Shown here piece after piece: positions 50,906-62,640 of a DNA stretch of 64,000 nt. The translations under genes and the position numbers were made by a program. Source of the stretch: Lama glama. Its lineage: Eukaryota. The notes below the pieces were generated by a model that had not been told where the DNA came from, searched no databases, and saw only the letters and a list, made by a program, of their open reading frames with translations. Positions within the stretch are counted from its first letter, which is position 1. Each line of letters opens with the position of its first letter. The stretch is taken from assembly GCA_028534125.1 (NCBI GenBank), contig CM052816.1, positions 77,316,001 through 77,380,000 of the forward strand, written 5' to 3'.

Positions 50906-53900
50906 TGATAGAAGGTGTCGTGCAAGCAGAAGGAGCCGCACACCTTCGGGGAGTCCTGCCTCTTACCTGAACCTCCCAGGTGAGCTGAGGAGAGGCTGGC
51001 AGGAAGGAGGGAGCCAGGCGGGAGGGGTGCTGGGTGCAGAGTCCTGACAGGGTCCGGTTGCTGGGGGAATCCTATAGATCTTAGTGTGAGTGTGAGTGAG
51101 ACCAGAGGGGAGACACAGAGCTGCTCTCCTGAGTTAAAACTTCAGTTTCATGGGTCATTTTTGGTTTTCTACCTCTTTTCTTTTTCCCTGAATCCTATCT
51201 TCTAGTAACCTTCAGAGAACGGCTGCCGGGAAGGAATATCTTTTGAGAGCTGGCGTGTCTGTATATAATGTATGTCATTCTCTCAATCAGTAGTTTGAGT
51301 ATAGAATTCCAGTGTGAAAATAATTCTCACTCAGCTTTTGAAAGATGCTCTCTTTAGCTGTTAGTGCTAAGAAGTCTGCATCCCCTTCTCCCCTGGCCCA
51401 GCCTCCCCAGCCTGCCCCAGGACCCCTAGAATGTTCACTGATCGCACAGCCAGTGTCTCCTGCATGTGCACCCACAGCCACCGGCGATGGCCCTGTCACC
51501 TTCCCCGGGTGACGCTGGATGGCTGCTGGGCTCAGGGAGCTGTTCCCACACTGCTCTCCTTCCTGAGCCCCGTGTGGACCCCTGCTCCCTGGAAGTGTTT
51601 CTCCTCGTCTTCTGTTCTCAGTGCTCCTCTGTGGAAGAAATCTTTTTAAATTCCTCGTGCTGGCTACTTGGGGAGCTCTTTGAGGACTAGATTTTTATAG
51701 TTGAAAGTGGATTCTGTGTATGTCTTTCTGTTATTGCAAGTGTCTCTTAATTAAGCTCCTTAAAACACTACTTCCTTCAAACTCCCCCTCCCTTAAAGCC
51801 TTTCCGTCTCCCCGCACAGCCTCGTCTCAGTCTGCCTTCCCACACCGAGCTTCCCCATCCAGCCAGGCTGGGGTTTTCACGGGTGCTCTCCTGTCCTTAC
51901 ATCCCCGCACTGCGCTTTGCTGGTACCACAGCGTCTACCCAGCCACCAGGATTCCGGTCCGAGAGGCCTCCTGCAGAGGCAGTGCTGCAGGAAGTTAGGA
52001 CCTTGGAGGGGGGGGGGGGGAGTAGAATTAGGAAAGTGGTTGCTGCTCACGGTTTTCAGGTGATTTGTTATGTTCCCTGACAGAAAGCAGTGAAGAAAAG
52101 GAGACTAAGAAGAGCAGGAATCGGCAGTACAGACGCTGCTTTCCATTTGGTCTCCCTGGCTTGGGCGCCATCCTGGCATGTCCTGTAGACTCTGCGACCT
52201 GCTTCTGCATTTATTTTGCTGTCTTGTATGTAGTTAAGCAGCTTTTCTCCCTCCAGTGTTTCATTCCTTTGTGAGTTAATGACAAGGGAGTTATCTCACT
52301 GTGGTGACAAAGATAGAGGCTCGAGATAAAGAGGCTTTGGGTCCCCTTTTTCACTCACCTCTCCTGACTGAGCAGGTTTTTCCGCAGCCCCGTCCCAGGC
52401 TGGGGTGGGTTCCTGCCGGCAGAATGCTCTCTGTCACGTTCCCCGTTCCCTCTCTGCCCACCTGCCTCCCTACCCACCCTGCAAAGGGAAAAAATGAATA
52501 CAACACCCTAAACAAGATATGTCAGGAATACAGTTTCTGGTGCCTCTCTGCCTTTAGCTTCACTTTTCTCCCCTCTTTTTTCTAATTGTCCTCAGCAGAA
52601 AGGTCCAAAACTCTCAGAGACTGGAGCCAGAACTCTCAGAGCCCAGGGGAAGGTAGCTGGTGCTGGTGCCCGTGTGGATGCCCCGCTGTCACAGGAGGGG
52701 CCCGCGCTCTGCGGTTTGGGGCGGAGCTCTGCACATGGGCCCCGCTCAGGCTGCTCGGCTGCCTGCCTGAGACAGGTCAGGATACCTGCAGAGAAACACA
52801 GACAACCAAACAAAAAACAGATTTTTTTTCCTATTCAGCAATTTTATAAATTGATTCCGCACGATTGATTTTCCTAAACAGAAGGGCTCATTGACATTTT
52901 TGAATCCTTTAATTACATTGCACAGGATACAAACTGGTCGTCCTTGTGCAGAATGCAGTCAGAAGGTGTGTTTTGCTTGGCCTTTAGAATGTTGGAAAAA
53001 TATGAATCAGTTGCGTAAGTTTACAAATTTGAGTGTTTCATGTAAAATCCCAGATTGCTACCTTGTCTTGAAAAAGCAGAAAATCTGGCAAAACAAGCCC
53101 ATTGCTGGCTTCCCTCAGAGCAAGTGGCTCTCCCTGCCATGGACACAGCTCCGGTTAGCACCTGCCTGTGTCGTTTCTTACCTGTTTTGCCCTTCTAGGC
53201 ATTTGCATTTGCATTCTTCTGTGTGTCTAGGGACAGCTATCGTAATTTTGAAAATTAGCTCCTGAAATTCTATAAAAAATGTGCTTTCCTCTAAGGAATA
53301 AGGAATCGGTGGGAAAAAAAGTAAGTTCTGACAACGTTTCTATCAGAAGGGAGCAGAGACAAGTTTCACATGTCCTTGTTTTCCTGAAGTACACTGCAAG
53401 GCTCTGTTCATGTATTATTCTGGCCTTAAATAAGTCCATTTGAAAGTTTTCTTGGTAGAGAAGCCAGGTCTATTACAAGCATAATATTATATGGTCTAAA
53501 TGGCTTGCTCAAAATTTCGTACGTAAATGTTATAACAAGAAAGTCCTCTTTATCACCCTGCCTATTTTCAGCTAAGCTGGCAGTGGTGACAGTGCTGTTG
53601 ATTCTTCTGTTCCCGGGTACCTCCACCCTGACCCTCGCAGACCTTCCCGGTGGTGTCCCTGATTGGTGGCTGTTAATGGCACTGCTGACCTCGTGCCAGT
53701 GAGCTGCCGACTGCTGGCTTGTGCCTGCCAACAGGAATGGAATATTACAGTGTAACCTGGGGATGGCTCTCCTGTGGACCCTGAGAAGGGCTTGCCTCCG
53801 CCCTGCCGTGGTTGAGGCTGAAGCCCGGGGGAATTAAGTGATTTGCGCTCAGTCATGCTGCTAATTAGTAATGGAGCCAGGATGAGAGTCTTAAGTCCAC

Positions 53901-56139
53901 AGAACCCAGTGCAGAGCTCGTCCTTGGCCGCCTCCATCCCCCACCTGCCACTTGGTGGGACACACCCCTCTTTTCTAGAAGAACTGTACACTTGGAGTGA
54001 GGGACTGTCTCATTTCAAAATAATGTTTAGCCAGTCAGTGAATATGGTTTGTGATGCTTTAGTCATGGGTTGGTCAAGTTTGGTCTCCTTTATTCAGTTA
54101 TTCCTGTACATGCCATGTAATTCTGTAACTTTAGCGATTAGGCATTCCATGAATACATTTTCATTTTAATAGGTAAGCTTGGCGACACTGTGTTTGACCA
54201 GGAAGTTATTCATCCACAAAATACTTGACCACTTTTGAAATGTGTACTTGTGCCTCGTGTATGTTTTGGTTAGAATTATTTACACCATTTGGGATTCATT
54301 TCCTGAGTTTTTGAAAGTACTGAACAGTAGCCAAGTAGCCATCCTTGCCACTTGCTGTCTCAGAAGAGTGTTTCTTGAGTTCTCTTATTAGCCTCCAGTT
54401 ATTTAGATGTTGGATCACCTTTCCTCTGTCAAGTCCCTGTTTCTCATATCTCTTCTCACATTTTACGTTTTTGTCTTTTGGTTATCCTGAAAGATGGCTC
54501 AATGTTTTGTCTGTCATCCAAAATCTTTTAATATCCACCAATGTATTTATCATGTAAGAGCTATTTTTATTTCTGGTTATTCATTTTTTATTGCATCCCC
54601 TTGTTTTTATGGCTGTGCCATGTCTGCTTGGAGAATACTGTTTAGAGGTGGTTTTCTGTTTGTTTATTTGTTTGATTTTCCTCTTTCTCACATTATTCCT
54701 ATTTCCTCTGGGATTAATTTTTCTTTCCTTTTGGCGACCTTGTTTATCCTGAATTTATCTTTAATGATTTAGGCTTTGCTTGCATGTTTTATGATCCTTT
54801 GTTGTCCATTCCAATATACGAATGAGGCACTATTAAGTCTGACAAGGAGTTTTCAGTATCTTTGGAGGCCTTGTTGGCTGGCAGACTTCTCCACGTAGCA
54901 GCTAGAGAAATCCTTCCAAAGTGCAGATTGGATCATGGATCTCCCCTGATTAAAATGCTCCAGTGGCTTCTTGTCTCCACCCCATTAAACTCTGTATCCT
55001 TTTGATGGCCATAAGGCCCTCTGTGCCCTGACCAGCCCACTGCCTCTCAGCCTCTCTTCCTGACCTTTGAACCTGGGAGGCCCATCCTTACCTTCAGGTC
55101 TGCGTGCCTGTTCTTGCTGCTCTCTCCCGCGGTACTGTCGCGGTAGTCTTCTCATCAGTCAGATCCCAGCTCGAATAACAGACCTTCACTCGCACACTCT
55201 CACACATGTACTGACTCTGGTTTTTAAAGTGTGTGCCAGGATCTTAAATTTATTACTTGTTTATGTATGTTTCTCTCCAAACTAGAACCTAAGCACCTGG
55301 AGGGCAGGGACTTTGTCTAGTTCAGTTTTGCACCTCTGGTACCTGGAGGAGGGCCTGGCACTTGGTCGGCTGTCTCTCAGCATTTGCTGACGGGAATCTT
55401 ACGGAGTTCTTGGGCTGAACACCACATCCCTCCATTGCTTCCCCTCCCTACTGCCCACCAGAGCCAGTCCCTGCTCGTCTGTATGCTTTCTGTTTTCCAT
55501 AGCAATGTGTTGAAATCTCTAGTCTGTCAGTGATCCCTTCCCACTGTAGTTGTTGCAGTGTTTATTACGCTTTAGACATTTGTGTGTCATTGTCAATACT
55601 TTTGTCACGTCTGCAGTCCCCCATATGTTATTAATTACCCTGAATTTTTTCTTTAACCTTTTAAAATTTAAGTGAAGTAGAAACTTTATATCATAGTGTA
55701 CATGAAAAAGAAAACCAACATTTCTTGTCATAAATAAAGAACTATAAAAGTTAATATGTACCAATTAAAATTAAAAACTTCATTTCATGTATCACTTAAA
55801 ATTGTCAGAACCTTGGTTTTATGCACTGCTTTTCTATACTCTAGCAGTACTGGAGTGTTGATAAGTATGTACTCAAAGTTATAATCTTGAACCTGAAGCC
55901 CATCATTTGAAAACTGACCCTCTGATAGCGCCCAGAGCAACAACTGTGTTTGACTGTCACGTCTCTTAAAGCCAGAGCAGCTGAGTCTAGTGTCTCCATG
56001 GTTTTAATGTGCAGTGTGTTTCGGTATTTGTCAGTATCCATTTTCAGTGTTGATATGCACTGGGTAAGGTATGTCTGTGGACCAGTTTGAGCACCATTTG
56101 AAATTCTTCTCCTCATCCAGGACTGACTACATTGCACGG

Positions 56140-56281
56140 ATGATGGACATTTTTTTATGTTTGAAACAACCATCCCGGATGGTGGACAGTAAAAGAATGA
56201 GGATGACTTCAAATTTCCAGTGGATCTTGTTAACATTTCTTCTTCTATATTTAATGAATCAAGTAAGCAGCCAGAAAAAAA
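56140..56281 (+). CDS. LIFR: LIFR first coding exon (exon starts 56121 with 19 nt of 5'UTR); encodes the signal peptide
   Basis: Translates to MMDIFLCLKQPSRMVDSKRMRMTSNFQWILLTFLLLYLMNQVSSQKK, matching the recalled human LIFR N-terminus (MMDIYVCLKRPSWMVDNKRMRTASNFQWLLSTFILLYLMNQVNSQKK). Acceptor cctcatccAG at 56119-56120; donor GTAAGT at 56282; 142 coding nt, ends phase 1. Confidence 0.97.
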
Positions 56282-56479
56282 GTAAGTGCATCAGAGTCAG
56301 AGAAAATGAACCTGTTGCAATGTCATTACTGTTTTGATTAAGAAGCAATCTTTTGTTTTTATCGAACCCTTCAGGTTATTTGTGGTTAAAGTCCATTTCT
56401 TTGTCATTTTTAAAATGTACTTCTGGTTTCTTTTTAAAAGCTCTGTAAAGATAGATCTAAATGTTCTTTCCCCATTAAA

Positions 56480-56840
56480 AGATTAAGGTATAACTTACAT
56501 ACAATAAAATTCACCCTTTTGAGGTAAAGATCTGTGAGTTTTGACAAATGGACACAGTCATGTAACCACCAGCACAATCAAGACACAGAATAGTTCCAAT
56601 ATGTCCATGTATAACTGGAAAATTTTGCTCTACACTGGAATTTGACACAACATTGTAAAATGATTATAAATCAATAAAAAATATTTAAAAAATCTCAAAA
56701 AAGACACAGAACAGTTCCATCATTCCAGAAGATTCCCTGTGCTCCTCTGTCATCAGCCCCTCCCACTACCACCTCCAGCCAACACTGATCTACTTTCTGT
56801 CTATAATTTTGCCTTTGAGAATGTCACATAAATGAAATCT
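56480..56840 (-). mobile_element. Old L1 (L1MB-like) 3' end, interrupted by the insertion above
   Basis: Typical antisense L1M 3' end wording: ggtataacttacatacaataaaattcacccttt...catgtaaccaccagcacaatcaag...aacactgatctactttctgtc. Confidence 0.7.
56599..56700 (+). mobile_element. Young, severely 5'-truncated L1 3' end nested in an older L1
   Basis: L1 3'UTR-type sequence with AATAAA and an A-rich tail, flanked by a 19-bp TSD (AAGACACAGAAt/cAGTTCCA at 56580-56598 and 56701-56719). Confidence 0.8.
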
Positions 56841-57985
56841 AAATATCTTTTTAAGATAACATGTGATTTCTCTTCATTTTATTGAAATACATTAAGGATG
56901 TTTGTGTAGATGTTACCTAGCTTGCTGCCCCTGAGTTTAGTTTTTATATAATTTCCATAATTAAACAGGTCTTCTCTTTTCTCCCAGAATCACTATTAAA
57001 TAACTTTACTGTGATTACTGATGATTTCTGTGTGTTCCTAATAATTTTGTTTTCTGTCTTATATAAGTAGCTTTATAATTTATTGCTGTAGTGAATATCA
57101 TACCAACCATATGTAAAAATTGAAGGAAAAATCCTTTTTTATAAACATGTATGTAGAGAATCTGAGCTACAATAGCCTTTTCACATTATAATTGCTTTTT
57201 TCCCCTCCCTCCCTCCTTCTGTCCTTCCTTTTTTCCTTTTGTCATCCCTCCCTCCCTCTCATGCTCTCTTTTCTTTCTCTCCGTTGTCCTTTAAGAATGC
57301 CGTTTTTTCACTGTATAGTGCTTATGTGTTCCATGATCTAATACTATTTTATAGATGTGAGAAAGAGCTATTAGGATTGTAACCTTCTGAATTATTCATT
57401 ACTCTCCTATTGTTTAGGCCTACACACAATATATATATTTTTCAGATACTTGTGTGAGTTTATTACTGTTTATGTGATATACTTCATAAGAATCTAAGGA
57501 TTGGCTCTGGGATTTCTGCACAGGTGGCAGCCTGGTAACAAGCCATGAAGTTTGTGGCTGGGAGTGCCCAGAAGCTGTGTTTGTGGCTTGGGAGACGCAG
57601 AGACACAAAGTTCCTAAGAATCTTAGAGTTCTGTTTTTTCTCCCCCCCGAAATGGGACCATTGGTGATTAAAGTTCTCCCAGGCCCCCTCCTGGTCCTTT
57701 CACTGACTCTGTTCAGTCACTCCCTGTATTTATCCTAGTTGCCTGGAAGTGGAATTTTTGAGAAAGGCCTCCCCCCTTCGTGGTCTAGCGCTTGGCCCAC
57801 TTTCATCGGTTTACTCATTAGCTTTTTTAAAACCAAAGCTACAAAAAGAAATATAAAACCAGCCACCTCCTGTGACTGCAGGTTCACCTCTGCGTAACGA
57901 ACACAGGCCCTCAGAGACTTACGCTTAAGGCTGAGGACGGTTTGACTTGTTGACTTTTACAGTGCAGTTAAATTAATAAGTGTAT

Positions 57986-58008
57986 TGTGTGTGTGTGTGT
58001 TTGTGTGT
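57986..58008. repeat. (TG)n tract just upstream of the second coding-exon acceptor
   Basis: tgtgtgtgtgtgtgtttgtgtgt, ending ~18 nt before the AG. Confidence 0.9.
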
Positions 58009-58027
58009 TCTGTTTCTCCTTCTCTAG

Positions 58028-58142
58028 GGACTCCTCATGATTTGAAGTGTGTTACTAACAATTTACAAGTGTGGGACTGTTCTTGGAGAGCCCCCTCTGG
58101 AGCAGGCCGTGGTGCTGCTTATGAAGTTTGCATTGAAAACGG
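58028..58142 (+). CDS. LIFR: LIFR second coding exon (115 nt), start of the N-terminal cytokine-binding/FNIII domain
   Basis: Acceptor tctctAG (58026-58027), donor GTAATG at 58143. In frame with the previous exon: (R)TPHDLKCVTNNLQVWDCSWRAPSGAGRGAAYEVCIEN(G); recalled human sequence is GAPHDLKCVTNNLQVWNCSWKAPSGTGRGTDYEVCIENR. Confidence 0.97.
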
Positions 58143-58429
58143 GTAATGGAAAAACTCTGATTAATTCATAGTTAGAACCTGAAGTTCTTTGTCCTTTGAT
58201 TTTAGGATATAAAGATTTTATTCTGGAAATTTTTAAAAGAAATTTTAAATCTTAGTTCTCTAATTTCCTAAAAATCTGAATCTTACATCAACCAGGATGG
58301 AAACAAACCCTTCTCCTGCCCACAACTTTGATTCTCTTACTATGTGAATATTGAGTATGGAGCACGTGGGCTGTGGATTCTGATCCTCTGAGGGGAGTAT
58401 TACTGGTCTGTCCTGAGCCAGTGTCTGTC

Positions 58430-58900
58430 TACATCAGTAAAGTTTAAGTTTTGACTCTGCCTAACAGAAAATGTCAGTAATAGTGGCTTAACAGACAGAC
58501 ATACACTGTCACATTAAAGGTCCGGAGTAGGCAGTTCAAGGCAGACGTGGCTGCACATGGCAGTGAAAGACCCAGGTTCCTCTTTATTGTGCTGCTCGGC
58601 TGTCCTCACTGTGTGATCTCATGGTTCCAGATGGTGCTTCAGGAGCTGCTATAATGTCTGCATTCCAGAAAGCAGGAAGGAAAAGAAGGGTGATCTTCTT
58701 TAAGAAGACTTCCAGGAAGTTGCTTGCAACACCTCTTTTTATACATCTCACTGGCAGAACTTAGTCAGATGGCTAAACCTGTTTGCCTAAGAGGCTGGGC
58801 GATGGGTTCTCATAGCTGATGGCAGTGTGTCTGGGTAAACCTTGGGCTAGTGTTCCCAAGGAGTGGGACATGGACATTAGGAGACACTTGGTAGGTCCTG
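58430..58900 (-). mobile_element. MLT1-family solo LTR
   Basis: taacagaaaatgtcagtaatagtggcttaac...atgtctgcattccagaaagcaggaagg...catctcactggcagaacttagtcagatggc. A second MLT1-like LTR lies at ~59190-59580. Confidence 0.65.
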
Positions 58901-60578
58901 TCACACCACCTTACTGTCTCAGGTCATCTTGGAGGCAGCTACAAGTGTCACAGCCTGGCGTGGAAGCCTTTGGGCTGTCTGCAAGCCAGAACATTCTTCT
59001 TGTTTCTCCCTAATCCCAGCAGGGCTCTGAGCTTTTAACAACACCAGAGAAGTTCCAGCACAGCAGCTCCGAGTCCCAGTTTGCTGATGAGTGGTTCCTA
59101 AAGTAAACTGGCATAAATGTTGATTTAAATACACTCAGATTTTTTCCCAGTCAGTGTACTTCTGTTGAGCATTACGCTAAGTGTTGTGGTAATTTATCAG
59201 CCAGGATGAGCTTGGTTTTGTTGCAGAAACAGCCTTCAAATCTTCCTTATTTTCTGCAGTGAACATAAAGGATTACCTTCTGCTTGTGTTCCGTGTCTGT
59301 CTTGAGATCAGCTGGCATCTCTGCCCCTGGCCCCTCCCTCAGGGACCCAGGCCGGAGGCCCTCATCTTCCAGTGCACCAGGACAGGGGCCAGAGGGGAGC
59401 ACAGCCTGCCTGCCAGGCTTTTAGAGCTTCCTTCCTGACATGATAGATGTGACTGTCACTTAGTTTCTCTACACATAATGTCACGTGGCTGTGCGTGGCT
59501 TCGGAGGAGCAGAGAAGTGCGATCCTCCTGTGAATCCAGAAGGGGAGGACCTGCAGAATCTGGTAAACAGCCACACAGAGAGGACGTCATCCCAGCTCCA
59601 GGACGTCGCAGAGCCTAGCGATACTGTAGGAGTTGTCTGTGATGGTCTAAGGGAGTGTTGATTGAGGAGTGTGGGGACTGGAGGGGCTGTCAGAGCTGTG
59701 TTTGTGGAAAAGGAACACCCAGTTTTCTCAGCAGAAAAAGAACAGAAAACCATTCCAGCCTGAAAGAGTACTGGGACAATGGCACAGATGTATGAAAGAG
59801 CGTGATTTAGAGAATTCAGGTGGTTTTGTGTTGCTGGCAGGTAAAGAAGCCTCACAGGTGAGGTTGAAAGGAAGCAAGCTGACCCTTCCAGGTCCTCAGT
59901 CCTGAGTGAGCACCGTGGAGAGGCCTGTGCAGGACTGGGGCATGGCAGGTGGGAAGCTAGAAATGCACCTGAACAACAGGAAAGCACACATAAACGTGCC
60001 CTGTAAAGATGCCAAGGGCCATGGCACCACAGAGGAAAGAATCACTTTTGTCTGAGAGGCAGTAGGTGGGAACTAGAAGCGTTTTGAAAGCAGAGCTGTT
60101 GAGAGTGTTTTGTACGAGTGAACCGTGAACCAGGACAAAGGAGCAGCCAAGCTGAGGGCATGTCTGGGGACAATGAGTGGCCGGGTTCCTTTCTACCGTC
60201 AAACTCTGTGAGCACCGTCTCAGGGTGAGAGACCTTGTGATGGTCTGGTCCAGAAGTGCAGGGTATGTAAGGTGAGACGCGAGGCTGCAGAGGAAAGGTT
60301 GGGTGGGAGTTTGAACACGGGCTGAAATCCTGTTTCTTGAGAGAACCATCTCTGCTTACTCACTTGACGTCCTGGTACAGTCCGGTTATTTTTCCTACCA
60401 CCACGTTGATGGACTTAACTGCCAGCCTCTCTTTTTTTCAGTCTTAAAATGCAGTGTAACCTGTTATGTTTCTGTATACAAAAGAGCTTATTTTCCAGTG
60501 TATTTTGTGTTAATCAAGTTTTTATGAAATTGCACTCAATTTTATCTGCTAATTAAAATTTGATTTCTTATATTGCAG

Positions 60579-60703
60579 GTTGCATTCTTGTTATCGATTG
60601 GAGAAAAATACTAAAATCCCAGCTCTTTCACCTGGTGATCATGAAGTAACAATAAATTTTGGAAGTTCGATAAGTAAATTCACACTAAATGAAAAAGATG
60701 TTT
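60579..60703 (+). CDS. LIFR: LIFR third coding exon (125 nt); CDS continues beyond the window
   Basis: Acceptor ttgcAG (60577-60578), donor GTAAGT at 60704. In frame: LHSCYRLEKNTKIPALSPGDHEVTINFGSSISKFTLNEKDV; recalled human sequence is SRSCYQLEKTSIKIPALSHGDYEITINSLHDFGSSTSKFTLNEQNV. Confidence 0.96.
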
Positions 60704-61759
60704 GTAAGTATTTGAAAAAAAAATTGATCTGAAAATAACTCAGAACGGTGCCTTTGTTAGTACTGTGGTGCTTTATAATTGACAGAAATGCACCATCCTT
60801 TTTCCATCTGCTCTTACACCAATGGCTCTCATTTACCCAGCGACCATGCTTCAGACAGTGGAGTGTAGCCAGGATCAAGATGGAAGCAGGCTCTTTCTCT
60901 GGTCAATCAAGTCGATGTCACAGAGGTGACGGTCCTTCCCACAGTCGGATACTTTCTTCCTACCCTTCTACTTTGTTGATTCCTGCACGCCTTCCAGAAT
61001 TCCTCAGGCGTCCCTAAGAAATAGTCTTTGACCATCTCGCCCCATTCTTTTCTTAACATTGCTGTAGGCTGTGTATTTCTTTTTTGTGGCATTTCTTACA
61101 ATTGCATAAATAATTTATTATGTAATTAAGTGCTTCCTGTATGTTTCCCCCACAAGCAAATGGGTTCCCTGAGGGCAGAGACGTTGTCTTCTCCACCTAG
61201 TGTCTAGCCCAGTGCCTTACATGTTGACCGATTGCCTAGGACATATGCTACAGGCTGGGTGGAGGCACAAAATAAACCCAGGCTGACGGAGATGGAAATT
61301 TTGCTGCACAGAGGGACCTTAAAAACCTCAGTGGTTTTGACTCTCTTAATGGTGGAATAAGCAGGTTGGTTGCCTTCTGACAACTATCATGAGATGGCTT
61401 CATAATGATATTACAGTGAGTCTTACAAGGATGACTGACTTTGACGCAAAGGAAAGAAAATATAAATAACTTTGTGATCTGTCCAGTTTTACAGACAGAG
61501 TGCGTGTTTGGAGTGGTGTGTGTCTAAGATAGCACAGATTTTGAAAAGATAATAACAAAGCATGCTGTCCAGGAACTTAGAACCTGTCTCATTTTCTGGC
61601 TGAGGTATTGTCTGAGGAAAGTGCTACTTAGGGCTGTTTTCAGGCTAGAGAGAGAAGAGCCATGTTTGTTATTTTCTTCCTGTTCCTTCCATGTGAGATT
61701 GTTTTGTGCAGATCAGCCATGATCCCAGTACTCACGGAGAAATTCTGTCAATACTTACA

Positions 61760-62640
61760 TGTATGTTCTGTGTCTGTACATATAAATAGTAAAGTTCACA
61801 TTACTTTATAATAGACTTCACAGAAGATGTAAATTTTCAAGTTGTTATGTAAATAAATCTGTATGAGTTTTACAGACTGCATGGTGTTCCATCAAATGGA
61901 GGTACCATGATTAAGTCATTGATTATTAATAATGAGGTTTTAATTTCTAGTGTTTCAATATTATAACCAATCCCTTAATGAACATCATTTGCATGTATGT
62001 GTTTCTGAATTTGTGATGACTTCCTTAGGCTAAATTTCTAGAATTGGTGATGCTGCATGCAGGACATCCCCTTTTTATGACTCTTGATATTTTCATTGTG
62101 AATTGTTATCCAAAAATTCTGAATTTCTCTGCATTCCCACAAACATCGTGTTAGAGTGTGCATGCCTGTCCACATCCTTGCCAGGACTGGGTTTGTTCAT
62201 CTCTCTTAATTTTGCCATTTCAATCTGATGGCCTCCAAATTATGGCACTATTGTTTTTATTTTTTTGTGATTACTTTTTAAAAACTTACCAGTCATTTTC
62301 GTTCTTTTCTGAACTGTTTGTATCCTTTGTAGATTTTCTCTTGTGTTGAAATTTATCTTTTTCCTCATCAGTTTGTAAGAGATCGCTGTATATAGTACGG
62401 CTATTCATTCTGTCATATTTGCTACAAATATTTTGCCAAGTTAAAAATTTTAGCTTTGTGCTGTTTTTCACACCTCAGGTTTTTATTTTTATATAATGGA
62501 AACTTTTGCTATTTTTCTTTATGAGTTTTTGGTTTTATTATCATGCTTGATTTAAATCTTTCATCCATCTGGAATTACTTTATATTAAGGTATGAAGAAT
62601 CTAACTTAGTTTTATTCCAGATTTTTACAGAATTCCCCAG
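61760..62640 (-). mobile_element. Old L1ME-like 3' region
   Basis: ccttaggctaaatttctagaattgg...ccacatccttgccaggactggg...gtcatatttgctacaaatattttgcc...catccatctggaattactttatattaaggtatgaag. Confidence 0.65.

Noticed and set aside
56071..56337. 88-aa ORF from the track taken as a stand-alone gene
   Set aside because: It is the LIFR first coding exon read through its intronic flanks.
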